Assembly: GCF_004010195.1 (NCBI RefSeq)
Contig: NC_057752.1
Coordinates: 15,734,380 to 15,766,039 of the forward strand
Length of the DNA stretch: 31,660 bases
Direction: 5' to 3'
DNA from: Chiloscyllium plagiosum
Taxonomy: Eukaryota
Below the pieces are notes generated by a model. That model saw nothing but the letters and a program-made list of their open reading frames with translations. It was not told the origin of the DNA and ran no database searches. Position numbers and translations under genes: made by a program. Below are positions 19,300 through 31,660 of this stretch, piece after piece (positions within the stretch are counted from its first letter, which is position 1; the number at the start of each line of letters is the position of its first letter).

Positions 19300-20740
19300 A
19301 ATCTCAGGAGACAGGTTGGTCAGCGCTCTTGCTTTCATTGCTCTGACCTTTGAGTATAGGAGTTGGGAAATCATGTTGAGGTTGTATAGGACATTGGTGA
19401 GGCCTCTTCTGGAGTACTGTGTCCAGTTTTGGTCGCCCAACTATAGAAAGGATATTATTAAACTGCTGAGGGTTCGGAAGAGGCTTATCAGAATGTTTCC
19501 AGGAATGGAGAGTTTGAGTTATAAAGAAAGAATAGATAGGCTGGGACTTTTTTCACTGGAGCATAAGAAGTGGAGAAGTGACCTCATAGAGGTTTATAAA
19601 ACAGGGTTAATAGTGTCTTTCCCCTAGGACGTGGGATTTCAAGACTAGAGGAACATTTTTAAGGTGAGAGGAGAGACTGGAAAAAGACACAGCGGCATTT
19701 TATTTTACACAGAGGGTGGTTCATGTGTGGAATGAACTTCCTAAGGAAGTGGTGAATGTGGGCACAACTACAATGTTTACACTCTCTCTCACTCACACAC
19801 TCTCTTACACAGGCCAGTCCTTTTGGCCGAAACGTCAATTTTCCTGCTCCTTGGATGCTGCCTGACTTGCTATGCTTTTCCAGCACCATTCTAATCTAGA
19901 CTCTGATTTCCAGCATCTGCAGTGCTCACTTTTGCCTACTCTTACATAGGCAGTCATGCAGACTCTCTCATACACAAGCTCTCCCTCTCATAAGCGCACA
20001 CATACACACCCCACACTCTCACCCACACATGCACCCTCTCACAGGCTTATACCCCTACATACTCATACACGTTACTTATACACACATGCATACACACACT
20101 CTCTCACATGCACTCACACCACACTCACTCTGTCTCTCCTGCATGTGCACACATATAAGTTTATAAGGTGAATTTGTATTTGCAGAATTTTGTTTTATTT
20201 TGCTCAAGAAATGCATAACCTGCAGTCAATCCATGTAAGATTCTGTAAATCCCACTTTAGAAATAGAACCAGTTAAGGCCACTGACAGACTTTAACCTCA
20301 CACCTTTAATGCATTGTCTGAGCTGAAATGGAACTTATTGTTAGAAAACCTGAAATTATCTTGAGAATGTAACTTAAAAGAATTGGGGAATTTACAAATT
20401 AAAGAACTGAAACGAACAAACCCATTCTAAATGATGAAAGACTTAATTTCAGCTCCATGACACTGCAATCCTTCTGCTACAAGCTCTGTGTCTTATGGTC
20501 CTGCTTCACAACCACCTAATAAAGGAGCAGCGCTCCAAAGGCCAGTGCTTCCAAATAAACATGTTGCACTATAACCTGGAGTTGTGTGATTTTTAACTAT
20601 GTTTAAAAGACATTTGGATAAATACATGATCAGGAGAGGTTTGGAGAGATTTGGGCCAGGAGCAGGCACTGATACTAGTTTAGTTTGGGATAACTTTTGG
20701 CATGGACTGTTTCTGTGCTGTATGACTATGATTCTATGGC
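19300..20740 (+). mobile_element. CR1 LINE 3' part, split by a nested insertion at 19780-20595
   Basis: LYRTLVRPLLEYCVQFWSPNYRKD; the 3' UTR resumes at 20599 and ends in a CTGTATGACTATGATTCTATG tail. Confidence 0.85.
19780..20595 (+). mobile_element. Longer family B Penelope-like 3' segment (CA-rich tract, AT-rich body, family B terminus) with a nested family A half-element at ~19820-19937
   Basis: AC(A/T)ATGTTTA duplicated at 19770-19779 and 20596-20605; ends in the family B terminus; the inner element is flanked by CTCTTACA(C/T)AGGC duplicates. Confidence 0.7.
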
Positions 20741-20759
20741 TTGGCCCCGAGCATTGATT

Positions 20760-21010
20760 GTTATGACACTACAAGGCCTCATCCCTGTACTTATGAGATT
20801 ATGTGATTTTCTGCCTCTACTACCATTCCAGGCAGTTCATCCAGATTCTCACTATCCTCTGTGTAAAAGATTATTGTGTAAAATCTCCTCTTAAACCCCT
20901 TGCCTTTCCCTTTGAAATGATGCCCCTTTTTTGACCAAAGGGAACAGATGCTTCCTATCCCTCCATTCCATGCAAACCTCTTCAGAAACTCCTCAATCTC
21001 CTCTGTCACT
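20760..21010 (-). mobile_element. Old CR1 3' fragment
   Basis: CCATTCCAGGCAGTTCATCCAGATTCTCACTATCCTCTG and following sequence are typical of the minus-strand CR1 3' region. Confidence 0.6.
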
Positions 21011-21544
21011 CCAAGTGAAGTTTGACAACTGCAGTTTTGCACATGTCCCATCAAGGTAATGAGAAACTGGCTTTCCTCACATTGATCCACCTGGATAGAC
21101 AAACTGACAAAGACAAACCATTGTCAGGAGCAAATCCACAATGCAGCATGTTTGGGCTACTCCAGCATCATTTTCTGACTTTTGTTAGGAATTCAAAACA
21201 TTCATCCTCTGTATGTTATTATCATGTCATATATTATACTATATTAGCAGAACATGTACAGAACCTGATCAATAACATGGCTGGATGGGGGACACTATGT
21301 AGAAGTAGATTTGAATATAAAGAACCAAATATAATGGATTATTTTATGAAGCAGAATTGAGACTAGCAGATTTTCTCTATCCATGAAATATTCCAAGTTT
21401 ATTTTTCTTTCATTCAATTTCTCTTGTTTCTCTATAAAAAAAATCTGTGGATCAGATGAATAAGCTCAAGACTCTATTATCTGTCAATCTCCTTGACATT
21501 GTCCAATGATACCCTTCTCAAAGGCCCCTCCATAGCAATACTGG

Positions 21545-21675
21545 AGGTCAACCTCCAGCACATGAACTGCAACAGTTCTAGAAGATAGCTCACCATCTTC
21601 TTCTCACAGGCAACAATGGATGGATAATAAATGCTGGTTCAGAAAGTGACACCCCACATCCGTTGAATAAATAAG
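21545..21675 (+). mobile_element. CR1/L2-type 3' tail
   Basis: ..AGCTCACCATCTTCTTCTC..GATGGATAATAAATGCTGG..CCCACATCCGTTGAATAAATAA. Confidence 0.55.
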
Positions 21676-22519
21676 CAAAGTCACTCCTTATCACGACAGA
21701 TTGCCATTCCTGACATCTTCCTGGTGAATAGGTGCTTTAATATCTGTTTCACAGTGGAGTGTCCGAAACTGCAAACTTACACCTTATGACTGTCTTCTGA
21801 ATATAAACACATTATGGTCTTGGCACCATCTTATTTTCTCGCAACATAAATTTAGAGAGTTGCAACTCTGCCATTAATTTGCACTTCCTATTTTTCACAG
21901 GGGGAGCAACTTTCTTGAGATGATTTTTGAGGAGATCATTGAGAATAATACAGAGAGTGTGTGAGTAATGTAGAAGAGGTATTTAACAGGAGGAGTCCAT
22001 ACAAGAGAAACATTGTATAGTGGTAATTGATGGAAACTTGTGATCAGAACCAAGTTTCTGAAACTCAGATTGCTGATATCTAGCTGTCACCAAACTTGAA
22101 CCATTCACTCTGTTCCTCTCTCCATCGGTGAGGCCAAAGGTTGGGTTTCCACAGCACTTTCAGCTTTCATTTCAGATTTCCAGCACCTGCAGTATTTTAT
22201 TTTTATGATAATTAGAAGGAAGGTGATCCAAAAGCAGTCCAAAGGACAGTGTAATCTCTTCTGGGTGAATTACTGAGGTATGTATTAACCTACATTGGGG
22301 CCTGGTGGCACAGGAAGAATCCATTTGGGTCCAGTGGCTTTTTGAAACAAATTGGAATCACCTCCCTGCTTGCCACAATCAGGTCTACAAACTTCTTCCT
22401 CATAAATTTCCTTCAGAAAATTACCATTCAACATTTTGCCCACTACTTTGTCAGGACTTCCAAGTCATAACACCTGGTCAGGAAGAAGAAGAAGTAGGCA
22501 TACATTGCGCCTAAGCTAT

Positions 22520-24605
22520 CAGGGTTAAGTGAATTCCCAGAAGAATCTTAAGAAGGAAATAAGAAGAGCAAAAAGATGTTATAAAATGGATCTGGCAGAT
22601 AATCCCAAGAAGTTCCATATCTATATTAAGAGTTAAAGATCAGCATGAACATCTATGTATGGAGCCACAGGAGATGGGGACATTTTTAATGAATATTTCT
22701 CCTCACTGTTTACTGAGGAGAGAATCATGGTTGCTAAGGAAACAAGGGAAACAAGTGATGATGTTTTGGACTGCATTCGTATTATCACTTAGGAGTGTTT
22801 GCAGCCTTAGAGCACATTAAGATGGATAAATCCCCTGGGCCTGACCAAATCCATCCTTGAACACTGTGGGACGTTGGGGAAGAAATTGCAGAGGCCTTTG
22901 CAGAGATCTTTGCTTCATCTTTAGCCATGGGTGATGTTCCAGAAGCCTGGAGGATGGCTAATGTTGTTCCATTGTTTAAAATGGTAGCAAAGACAAGCCA
23001 GGGAACTACAGGCCAGTGAGCCTGACATCAGTGGGAGGCAAGTTGTTGGAAAGGATACTAAGGGACAGGATTAACGAATTGGATAGTCAAGGTCTGATTA
23101 GGGATAGTCAGCGTGGATTTGTGCATGGAAAGTCATGTCTGACAAATTGGTTACAGTTTTTCAAAGAGCATAGATGAGGGTGGGGTGGTGGATGTTGTCT
23201 ACGTGGACTTTAGTAAGGCCTATGGCAAGTTCCCACACAGCAGGCTAGTCATGAAGATTAGGTCACATGGAATCCAGGGAGAGCTAGACAATTGGATTCA
23301 AAATTGGCTTGATGGTAGGAAGCAGCGGGTGATGGTTGAAGGTTGTTTGTTATTTGTTACTTAGATGAACGATCTGGATGTGAATGTACAAGGCATGATT
23401 AGTAAGTTTGTGTGGATGATTCAAAATTAGGAGGTATCATTGATAGCAATGAAGGTTACCAAAAATTACAGAGGGATCTTGATCAGATGGGGAAGTAGGT
23501 TGAGGATTGGCAAATACAATTCATTACAGAAGGCGTGAGGTGATGCACTTTGGAAAGTCAAACCAAGGTAGGACTCATACAGTAAATGGTAAGGTCCTGA
23601 GGAGTATTGTATTCAAGGGAGACCTAGGAGTACAACTACATAGTCCACTGAAAGTGGCATCACAGGTAGACAGGGTAGTGAAGAAGGAATTTAGATTAGA
23701 TTACTTACAGTGTGGGAACAGACACTTCAGCCCAACAAGTCCACACTGACCCTCTGAAGAGCAACCCACCCAGTCCCATTCCCCTACACCTAACACTACG
23801 GGCAATTTAGTATGGCCAATTCACCTAACCTGCACATCTTTGGACTGTGGGAGGAAACCGGAGCACCCGGAGGAAACCCACGCAGACATGGGGAGAATGT
23901 GCAAACTCCACACAGACAGTTGCCTGAGGTAGGAATTGAACCCGGGTCTCTGGTGCTGTGAGGCAGCAGTGTGCCACCGTGCTGCCCACTGACCTTCATT
24001 GGTTGAGGCATTGAGTATAGGAGTTGGGATGTTATGTTCCAGTTGTATAAGCCATTGGTGAGGCCACACTTGGAGTATTGAGTACAATTTTGATCATCCT
24101 GTTGTAGGAAAAACATAGTTAAACTGGAAAGCGTTCAAAGAAGATTGATGGGGATTGTCAGGACTATTAGGTTTGAGTTACAGGGAGAGGTTAGCCGGGA
24201 TAGGACTTCATTCCTTGGAATGTAGTGGAATGAGGGCTGACTTTATTGAGGTGTATAAAATCATGAAAGGCATAGATAGGATGAATGCATATAGTCTTTT
24301 TCCCAGGGATGGGGAATTGAAAACTAGAGGGCATAGGTTTAAGGTGAGAGGGAAAGATTTAAGAAGGACCTGAGGGGCAACTTCTTCATGCAGAGAGTGA
24401 TGTGTATATGGAATGTCAGAGAAAGTGGTTGAGGCAGTATAATAAAAAATTTAAAAAACATTTCAACAGGTACATGGATGGGAAGAGTTTAGAGGGATAA
24501 GAACCAAATGCAGGCAATTAGAATTAGCTGAGTGAGCACCATGGTCAGCACAGACCAGTTTAGGCTAGAGGGCCTGTTTCCATGCTGTATTACGGTGTGA
24601 TTTTA
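22520..24605 (+). mobile_element. ~2-kb CR1/HER1 ORF2 pseudogene (RT domain to 3' tail)
   Basis: DKSPGPD, GNYRPVSLTS, VDVVYVDFSKA, WIQNWLDGRKQRV and ..DDSKL remnants with stops and frameshifts; HE1 SINE nested at 23691-23987. Confidence 0.9.
23691..23987 (-). mobile_element. HE1 V-SINE nested in CR1
   Basis: GTGGGAGGAAACCGGAGCACCCGGAGGAAACCCACGCAGAC (V domain, reverse complement); head ends GCCACCGTGCTGCCC. Confidence 0.9.
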
Positions 24606-24719
24606 TAGCAACGTGAAGTTAGTTTATTGCTGGGGGCAGTTGCTTTATTATGAAGTGCACCATAACAGGTTGTGAATGGTGTTCCTGGAAAGACATTGAA
24701 AGAAGTGACCCCTCCCCCT

Positions 24720-24720
<1 letters not shown>

Positions 24721-24755
<35 letters not shown>

Positions 24756-25141
24756 GGAGAAATTGAGGACTGCAAATGCTGGAGATTAGAGTAAATAATA
24801 CAACTAGGCCATCACCTCCCCCACTAAAATTCTTGATAAAGAGCTTATGCCCGAAACATCGATTCTCCTGTGCCTCGAATGCTGCCTCACCAGCTGTGCT
24901 TTTTCTGCACAACACTCTCAACACACACACACCCACACACAAATACCCATACACACCCATGCCCCCCCCACAAACACCCACACAAAAATACCTACCCACA
25001 CCCACCCCCCACACACATATTCACCCATACACACACATGTGCACACACACATGCATACACCCACCCATATACACACATACACACACACGTGCACGCCCAC
25101 ATGCACACACCCACCCATATACACACACACACACACACACA
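24721..25141. repeat. (CA)n and CA-rich low-complexity tract with a family A remnant at ~24756-24915
   Basis: Pure (CA)17 at 24721-24754; degenerate CA tract 24911-25141. Confidence 0.9.
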
Positions 25142-25644
25142 GACTCCAGCCTGAGGCTTTTATATCTTAAAAAGCCAGTATGATCAAAGGGGAGTGGCCA
25201 GCTAGCTGTGTAGCTAACCTTCATTCAGATTAGAGTTTTTGATTCAGTTCAGCAGCAGTGTGGGTGAAGAAAGGCTGCTGAGGCAAGCCCAGCAGGTACT
25301 CTCTCTCTCTCTCTCGAACTTAAAGCCTGTTTGTCCTGGGTAAAGCCTGTGCAAACAGATGTGTTTATTGAGACTGTTGCTAATATTTATGGAACAGCAT
25401 TATTAAGTCGGGATAGTCTGCAGGGTTTTTTTAATAGGATAAGTTATCTGGTATTCTACTTTCTGTTCTTTGTTTTTCATTCTGTAATTTTGTAAATAAA
25501 TTCTATTTGTTTAAAACTTGGCAGTCAGACCAATTGATTTGCTCTAGGAATATCCACTATACACTTACCTAAAACAAATAGCAAAGTTACGGTCTGGGCT
25601 ACCTGCTTAAAAATGTTTTGTGGGGACAAGCCTGGTACATAACA
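25141..25644 (+). mobile_element. Probable solo LTR (5' end not visible) embedded in the CA-rich tract
   Basis: About 500-bp unique block with a (CT)n run, AATAAA at 25495-25500 and terminal ..CCTGGTACATAACA; CA-rich sequence resumes immediately after. Confidence 0.5.
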
Positions 25645-25770
25645 CCACCACACCCACATACCCATCAACACACACCCATCCCCACGCCCATACACACACA
25701 ACCACATACCCAGCAACACATACAATACACATACCCTCCACATGTACACACCCACCCACCCATACACATG
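25645..25770. repeat. CA-rich low-complexity tract
   Basis: Degenerate CACACCCATA-like units. Confidence 0.85.
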
Positions 25771-26005
25771 CTATGAACTGGTGAATGTTACAATCTCACT
25801 TTTAAAAAGGTGCCAAATATTTGATGCAGTAACAGAGCGTCCAGTGTGTGAGAGGACAAGTAAATGGCTGAAGCAGGATAATTGTCATCTTTCAGAATGA
25901 GGCATGTTAGAATGACTGTTGATAACTTGTGTGGCCCCGGAACTGCGATGAGAGCATTTATCAAGAGCAGTTAACCGAATTAATCAAATCACATCTTTTC
26001 TAACT

Positions 26006-26320
26006 GACCACCTGATGAAGGAGCAGCGAGCTTGAAAGCTAGTGCGTCCAAATAAACCTTTTGGGACTATAAACTGGTGTGATGGGATTTTTGGGGGAAA
26101 GTGAGAACTACAGATGCTGGAGATCAGAATCGAGAGCGTGTGGTGCTGGAAAAGCGCAGCAGGTCATGCGGCATCCGAGAAGCAGAGAATGGACCCTTCG
26201 GGCAGGAACCCTTCAGAAGGATGCTGCATGACCTGCTGTGCTTTTCCAGCACCACACACTCTCCACTCTGGTGTGATTTTTAACTTTGTCCACTACAGTC
26301 CAACACCGGCATCTCCAAAT
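26006..26320 (+). mobile_element. Family B arm with a nested fold-back family A element (~26095-26268)
   Basis: CAC-CTGATGA..GAAAGCTA-GTG at 26009-26044; CTGGTGTGAT duplicated on either side of the inner element; family B terminus resumes near 26268. Confidence 0.75.
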
Positions 26321-26837
26321 CCTTTCGAACTGGGATTTGCACTAGGCTGGATCATTTCTAATCTGCATGACCGCTCTAGCCGAGTAGCCACATTGAAAAC
26401 ACAGGGGAGTAGGGCAGGGTGTCAGATTTTCCCGGGAGTGTGTGAGAGAGTGAGGTAATGAACACAGTCGCGCAGATTTGCTCAGAGTCATACAGTGCTG
26501 AAAAGGCCGTTCGACCCATCGAGTCTCACCTACAATAGCCACTAGTAAATGTCAGATGGCTCTTAGCGGGATAAACTCGCGGTTATAATAAGGTATTGAA
26601 CAGCATAGACCAGCTCTTGTTGCTATCAGCGCATTCGAACTGAAACCATATTAAAACTTGCTCAGCCTGTCCGGATTATTTATATATCTGCCGATAAGAT
26701 AATCAGTCCAACCCCAACCAAGACTTAACGTCTGCGATAGGAACACCATTTGGCAAGCGAACCATATAAAAGATGCTTCGAGGATCAAGGAGACAGAAAG
26801 TAAAAACAAGCAACGACTGACAGAAAGACTAAAGTAG

Positions 26838-27010
26838 GAAGTGCTGGAGGAACTTAGCAGGTCTAGCAGCATCTATGGAGTGAAACAGTCAGTGTTTCGG
26901 GTCCAGTGACCCCTCCTTCAGACTCGAAAAATTAACAGATTTTCTCTCTTCACAGATGCTGCCAGACCTGCTGAGTTTTCATTTCGGATTTCTAGCATCT
27001 GCTTCCTTTG
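26838..27010. mobile_element. Fold-back Penelope-like element, family C (older; remnants also at ~16035-16112 and ~22090-22200)
   Basis: AGCAGGTCTAGCAGCATCTATG / CACAGATGCTGCCAGACCTGCT arms; minus-strand CTGAAGG-AG-GGGTC-ACTG-GACCC-GAAAC. Confidence 0.65.
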
Positions 27011-28365
27011 TTTAGAGTTAGACCTGACGTTCAGCCGTTTCACTCACAACAACAGGTTCCAGTCCCCACCAATACATTCAGTTTCCAAATATTTATTTTA
27101 CTGGCGTTGGAGGTTCGCCTGGATGCCTTTGTGCTTTTGCATACACTTCTAAGGAGTCAACTGGACAAAAGGTTAGGCCCTGACTGCTTGATACACATTT
27201 GGGCTCAATTTGTCGACAGCTCGTGTCGACACGTGGCTGTGCCTGCAAGGTGTGAACAGCTTTCTACAGACAGACCGAGCAACACACAGCAAACGGTGAA
27301 CAAAAGCTGGCGCCATCCCCATCCCGCCTTCCCAACAATTAGATCAGTTTCCACGCGATGTCTGAGCCGGGTACTTGCCACTGTGCAGAAAAAAAAACAG
27401 ACCATTCGAAATTCCACGGACAAAAACAATGCAGGTCTTACAACGTGCTTTTATAAATTCACACAGTTCCACATTCCTAAATATCCTTATATTCCTCCCC
27501 ACCCCCACCCCCACCCCCCCTCCACCGCTCAGGACCCTGAATTACAATCACTGGAAGAAAACCTATCTCCCAAATCAGGGACAGTTCGCACTTCTGTGGA
27601 ATTGCCTTCTGAAATGAATCTATCCACATTGGACATTCAACAGCCTAGCGCTGACCCATTTCCCATTGACGATGAGAAGCTTTCCATCATTAGACTGCAC
27701 TATCAACCCAGTTTTCTTTTCTAATTACTTTATCCAGAGGGAAAACAAAACAGAGAATTCACTAAGAGACTTGCAAATTCATAATTGTCACCACATTATA
27801 AACAAAGCACCACGGAGGATAACAGAGTTTAGAAAACGTACACTCAGTAAATCAAGAGAGATGAAAGCTGTCTCATTAACTTGTAGTCTCCACTCACTGA
27901 ACTATCTTCCTTAATACGCTACACCGCTCCTTTTCTGAGAAAGATTTGTTCTTCTTTAAAACACAACAGAGTTATATTGAAGGTTAAACTGGAAAGTTGT
28001 GCCTCTGGAAATCAATTCCTGAAATGCTTGTTGATATCTTGAGGGAGGACACAGATTCTCACCTTTAATCCTCTTCACTGTTAACACCTTTCACCTTTCA
28101 GATCCTCTATGTGCTATGAGAGAGGTGTCATGTAAACCTGGTAGCTATGTGTCAGCCACGCCTCAGGACCTGAGGCCAGCCTGGGAAGCGGAGTTTTACA
28201 TGCTCCCAGGGTGCCGACCTGAATTAATGCATCTGAGGTGACTGGGGTTCGTTTTAAGTGCAACATTGCCTCTTAGTCAGTGAATACAGCACTCAGTTCT
28301 AAGACAGAAACTTTATGATCTGAAAGCCAGGTCTATAATGTAAATTTAATACTGAGAGTGTTGGT

Positions 28366-28595
28366 TGGGAACAGTGTAGAGAAAGCTTTACTCTGTATCC
28401 AATTCCTTGCTGTCCCTGTCCTGGAAATAGTTGATGGGGACAGTGCAGGGTGAGATTTACTCTGTATCTATCCCAATGTTGTATCTGTCCTGCAGTGTTT
28501 GATAGGGACAGGTGTAGAGAAAGATTTACTATGTAACTAACCCTCTGCTGTACCTATCCCAGAGTGCAAGGAGCTTTACTCTGGATCAAACCCTG
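28366..28595. repeat. ~69-bp tandem repeat, about 3.3 degenerate copies
   Basis: GGGACAGTGTAGAG..TTTACTCTGTATC..TGCTGT.CCTGTCCTG units starting near 28367, 28437 and 28505. Confidence 0.85.
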
Positions 28596-29032
28596 TAAAA
28601 TGTAAAAATGTTCCTGCAGACAGAAAGGAATAAATGTAACCTGCAATTAAAAGGGAAGGAGGGTGGAAAATCATGGATCATGTAGTTTCCTGTCAACAAC
28701 TGGAAACCATTCGAATTGATTTTAAAGGATGGGATAACTAGACACTTAGAAAATTGGCGAAAATTGTGCAGAGTCAATATGGATTGATAAAAAGGAAGTA
28801 ATATTTGACCAATCTTTGAGATTTTTGTGGATGCCACTTGCGACACTTGTGATAAGATTCCACATATGTAAGCAAATAAAATTAGATCTCATTGGATTGA
28901 GGAGAATGTACTGTATGACATGAAAATTGGTTAAAGAAACAGAAAGCAGAGAGCAGGAATAAATTCATAAATTTGGGGTACAGACTATTACTTGTGGGAT
29001 AGTGCTAGATGCAGAGTTGCTCATAAGCTATG

Positions 29033-29350
29033 GAATCATAGAATCTCTACTGTGTGGGGACAGGCCCTTCGGTCCAACAAGTCCACACTGACCCTCCGAA
29101 GAGTAACCTACCCATTTCCCTACCCTATTACTTTACATTTACCCCTGGCTAATGCACCACATCCCTGAACACTGGGCAATTTAGCATGGCTAATTCACCT
29201 AGCCAGCACATCTTTGGATTGTGGGAGAAACCAGAAAACCCAGAGGAAACCCACACAGACATGGGGAGAATGTGCAAACTCCACACAGACAGTCGCCTGA
29301 GGCTGGATTCGAACCCCGGTCCCTGGCACACTGAGCCACCGTGCCACCCC
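29033..29350 (-). mobile_element. HE1 V-SINE
   Basis: Tail AATCATAGAATCTCTACTGTGTGG, V domain, B box (GGATTCGAACC on +), head GAGCCACCGTGCCACCCC. Confidence 0.9.
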
Positions 29351-29698
29351 TGACTTAGAGATGGGGCCAAATTGTAACATTTCCAAACAAGAGTGTGTAT
29401 GAAAGTAAAGCGTGAGGTGGGTGCATAGAGGCTTCAAGGGTCATGGAGAAGCTAAGTAAATGGGTCAGCACATGGTGTAATATAATATGAATAAATGTGA
29501 AGCTGTTTGCATTGGAGTAAGACAACGTTAATGCGAAGCTATTCACATTGATAGAGCAACAAGACAGAATTTTTCTTACATGGTGGAGGTTGCAAAGTGT
29601 GAGTGTTTGAAGGCACCTGGTTGTCCTTTCCCATAGGTCACTGAAAACTGGCATACAGGCACATAATTCCAAAAATGTTTGCTACAGTTGTACAGAGC

Positions 29699-29859
29699 TG
29701 AAAATGTGTTGCTGGAAAAGTGCAGCAGGTCAGACAGCATCCAAGGAGCAGGAGAATTGATGTTTCGGGCATGAGCCCTTCTGTGTGCCTGACCTGCTGT
29801 GCTTTTCCAGCAACACATTTTCAGCTCTGATCTCCAGCATCTGCAGTCCTCACTTTCTC
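29699..29859. mobile_element. Fold-back family A element with ~17-bp TSD
   Basis: CTAC(A/T)GTTGTACAGAGC at 29682-29698 and 29860-29876; the full terminus is on the right arm. Confidence 0.85.
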
Positions 29860-29913
29860 CTACTGTTGTACAGAGCCTTTGTGAGATCATACCTGGAATA
29901 TTGTCTACGATTT

Positions 29914-30972
29914 TAGAGTCATAGAGTCATAGAACATAGACCATAGAAACGTGCAGCACAGAACAGACCCTTAGGCCCACGATGTTTTGCCGAGGTTTAA
30001 TCCTAATGTAAAATATAATAACTTAACCTACGCACCCCTCAACTCACTGCTATCCATGTGCACGTCCAGCAGTTGCTTAAATGTCCCCAGTGACTCTGCT
30101 TCCACCACCACAGCTGGCAATGCATTCCATGCATTCACAACTCTCTGCATAAAGAACCTACCTCTGACGTCTCCTCTATATCTTTCTCCTAATATCTTAA
30201 AACTATGACCCCCTCAAACCAGTCAATCCTGCCCTGGGGAAAAGTCTCTGGCTATTGACTCTATCTATTCCACTCATTATTTTGCATACTTCGATCAGGT
30301 CTCCTCTCTTCCTGCTGCTCTCCAGAGAGAAAAGTCCAAGCTTATTTAAACTTTCTTCAGAGGGCAAGCCCTCCAGTCCCGGCAGCATCCTGGTAAACCT
30401 TCTTTGCACCCTCTCCAAAGCCTCCGTAATCTTTCCTATAACAGGACGACCAGAACTGGACACAATATCCCTAGTGTGGTCTCATCAGGGACTTGCAGAG
30501 GTGTAACAAAACCTCATGGCTCTTAAACTCGATCCCCCTGTTAATGAAAGCCAAAACACCATATGCTTTCTTAACAACCCTATCCATTTGGGTTTGTAAC
30601 TTTGAGGGATCTATGTACTTATACACCCAGATCCCTCTGTTCCTCCACACTGCCAAGAATCCTGTCTTTAATCCTATATTCAGTATTTGGGTTCGACCTT
30701 CCAAAATGCATCACTTCGCATTTATCCAGGTTGAACGCCATCTGCCATTTCTCAGTCTAGCTCTGCATCCTGTCTATGTCGTACTGCAACCTGCAATAGC
30801 CCTCGATACTATCAACGACATCTCCAACCTTTGTGTCATCTGCAAATTTACTAACCCACCCCTCAACCTCCTCATCCAAGTTATTTATAAAAACTACAAA
30901 GAGCAGAGGCCCAAGAACAGAGCCCTGCGGTACCCCACTCATCACTAACCTCCAGGCAGAAAACTTTCCATG
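29914..30972 (-). mobile_element. CR1/HER1 LINE 3' kb, including RT C-terminal motifs
   Basis: SGVPQGSVLGPLLFVVFINNLDEEVEGWVSKFADDTKV; ALERVQRRFTRMLPGL; tandem short-unit tail at 29914-29950; frameshifted. Confidence 0.93.
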
Positions 30973-31660
30973 ACAGATCATAGAGATGCACAGCACAGAA
31001 ACAGACCCTTCGGTCCAACCCGTCCATGCCGACCAGATATCCCAACCCAATCTAGTCCCACCTGCCAGCACCCAGCCTATATCCCTCCAAACCCTTCCTA
31101 TTCATATACCCATCCAGATGCCTTTGAAATGTTTCTATTTTATTAGCCTCCACCACTTCCTCTGGCAGTTCATTCCATACATGTACCACCCTCTGCATGA
31201 AAAAAATTGCCCCTTAGGTCTCTTTTATATCTTTCCCCTCTCACCCTAAACCTATGCCCTCTAGTTCTGGACTCCCCGACCCCAGGGAAAAGATTTTGTC
31301 TATTTATCCTATCTTTGCCCCTCATGATTTTATAAACCTCTATAAGGTCACCCCTTAGCCTCCGACGCTGCAGGGAAAACAGCCCCAGCCTGTTCAGCTT
31401 CTCCCTGTAGCTCAAGTCCTCCAACCCTGGCAACATCCTTGTAAATCTTTTCCGAACCCTTTCAAGTTTCACAACATCTTTCCGATAGGATGGAGACCAG
31501 AATTGCACACAATATTCCAACAGTGGCCTAACCAATGTCCTGTACAGTCACAACATGACCTTCCAACTCCTGTACTCAATACATCGACCAATAAAGGAAA
31601 GCATACTAAACGCCTTCTTCACTATCCTATCTACCTGCAACTCCACTTTCAAGGAGCTAT
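30973..31660 (-). mobile_element. Young CR1/HER1 LINE 3' end (continues beyond the window)
   Basis: Largely intact VRPLLEYCVQFWSPSYRKDVVKLERVRKRFTRMLPGLEDLSYREKLNRLGLFSLQRRRLRGDLIEVYKIM; 3' tail at 30973-31010. Confidence 0.93.

Larger units (their letters stand above)
28680..29910 (+). mobile_element. Old CR1 RT fragments hosting HE1 and family A insertions
   Basis: DKIPH, NWLKKQKAE and CTTTGTGAGATCATACCTGGAATATTGT (..LEYC) remnants. Confidence 0.55.

Noticed and set aside
22520..24605. Active LINE reverse transcriptase gene
   Set aside because: Multiple stops, frameshifts, internal deletion and a nested SINE.
24776..25224. His/Thr- or Val/Cys-rich ORFs
   Set aside because: Translations of CA/TG microsatellite.
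27008..27724. 238-aa ORF
   Set aside because: Non-ATG start at the edge of a repeat, no recognisable domain, crosses a C-rich low-complexity tract.
6400..31660. Second head-to-head her1-like gene, as in the zebrafish her1/her7 pair
   Set aside because: I found no second bHLH, Orange or WRPW-coding segment by eye or in the ORF track; small exons could be missed, so TBLASTN would be decisive.

Overview
Vertebrate nuclear DNA, almost certainly from a cartilaginous fish (shark), inferred from its repeat content: HE1/V-SINEs, HER1/CR1 LINEs, a Deu-type SINE, Tx1-like LINE ends and Penelope-like fold-back elements. The only protein-coding gene I can support is an intact four-exon Hairy/E(spl) gene on the minus strand (6286..4504, 258 aa, bHLH + Orange + terminal WRPWP). 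It is best read as hes7/her7-like and has a TATA/CCAAT/E-box promoter. A canonical tRNA-Ser(GCT) gene lies about 2.2 kb downstream of its stop codon on the opposite strand. The ~25 kb upstream of the gene is mostly nested retroelement debris, a 1.2-kb 22-24 bp minisatellite and microsatellites. Non-repetitive islands within it carry clusters of T-box, RBPJ, TCF/LEF and N/E-box motifs, and one 53-bp module is duplicated. The most unusual signal is three families of short, often TSD-flanked inverted-repeat elements that carry minimal hammerhead-ribozyme cores (CUGANGA...GAAA with a palindromic stem III). Family names and orthology come from recognition, not database searches. There is no CRISPR array, prokaryotic system or intact autonomous transposon.
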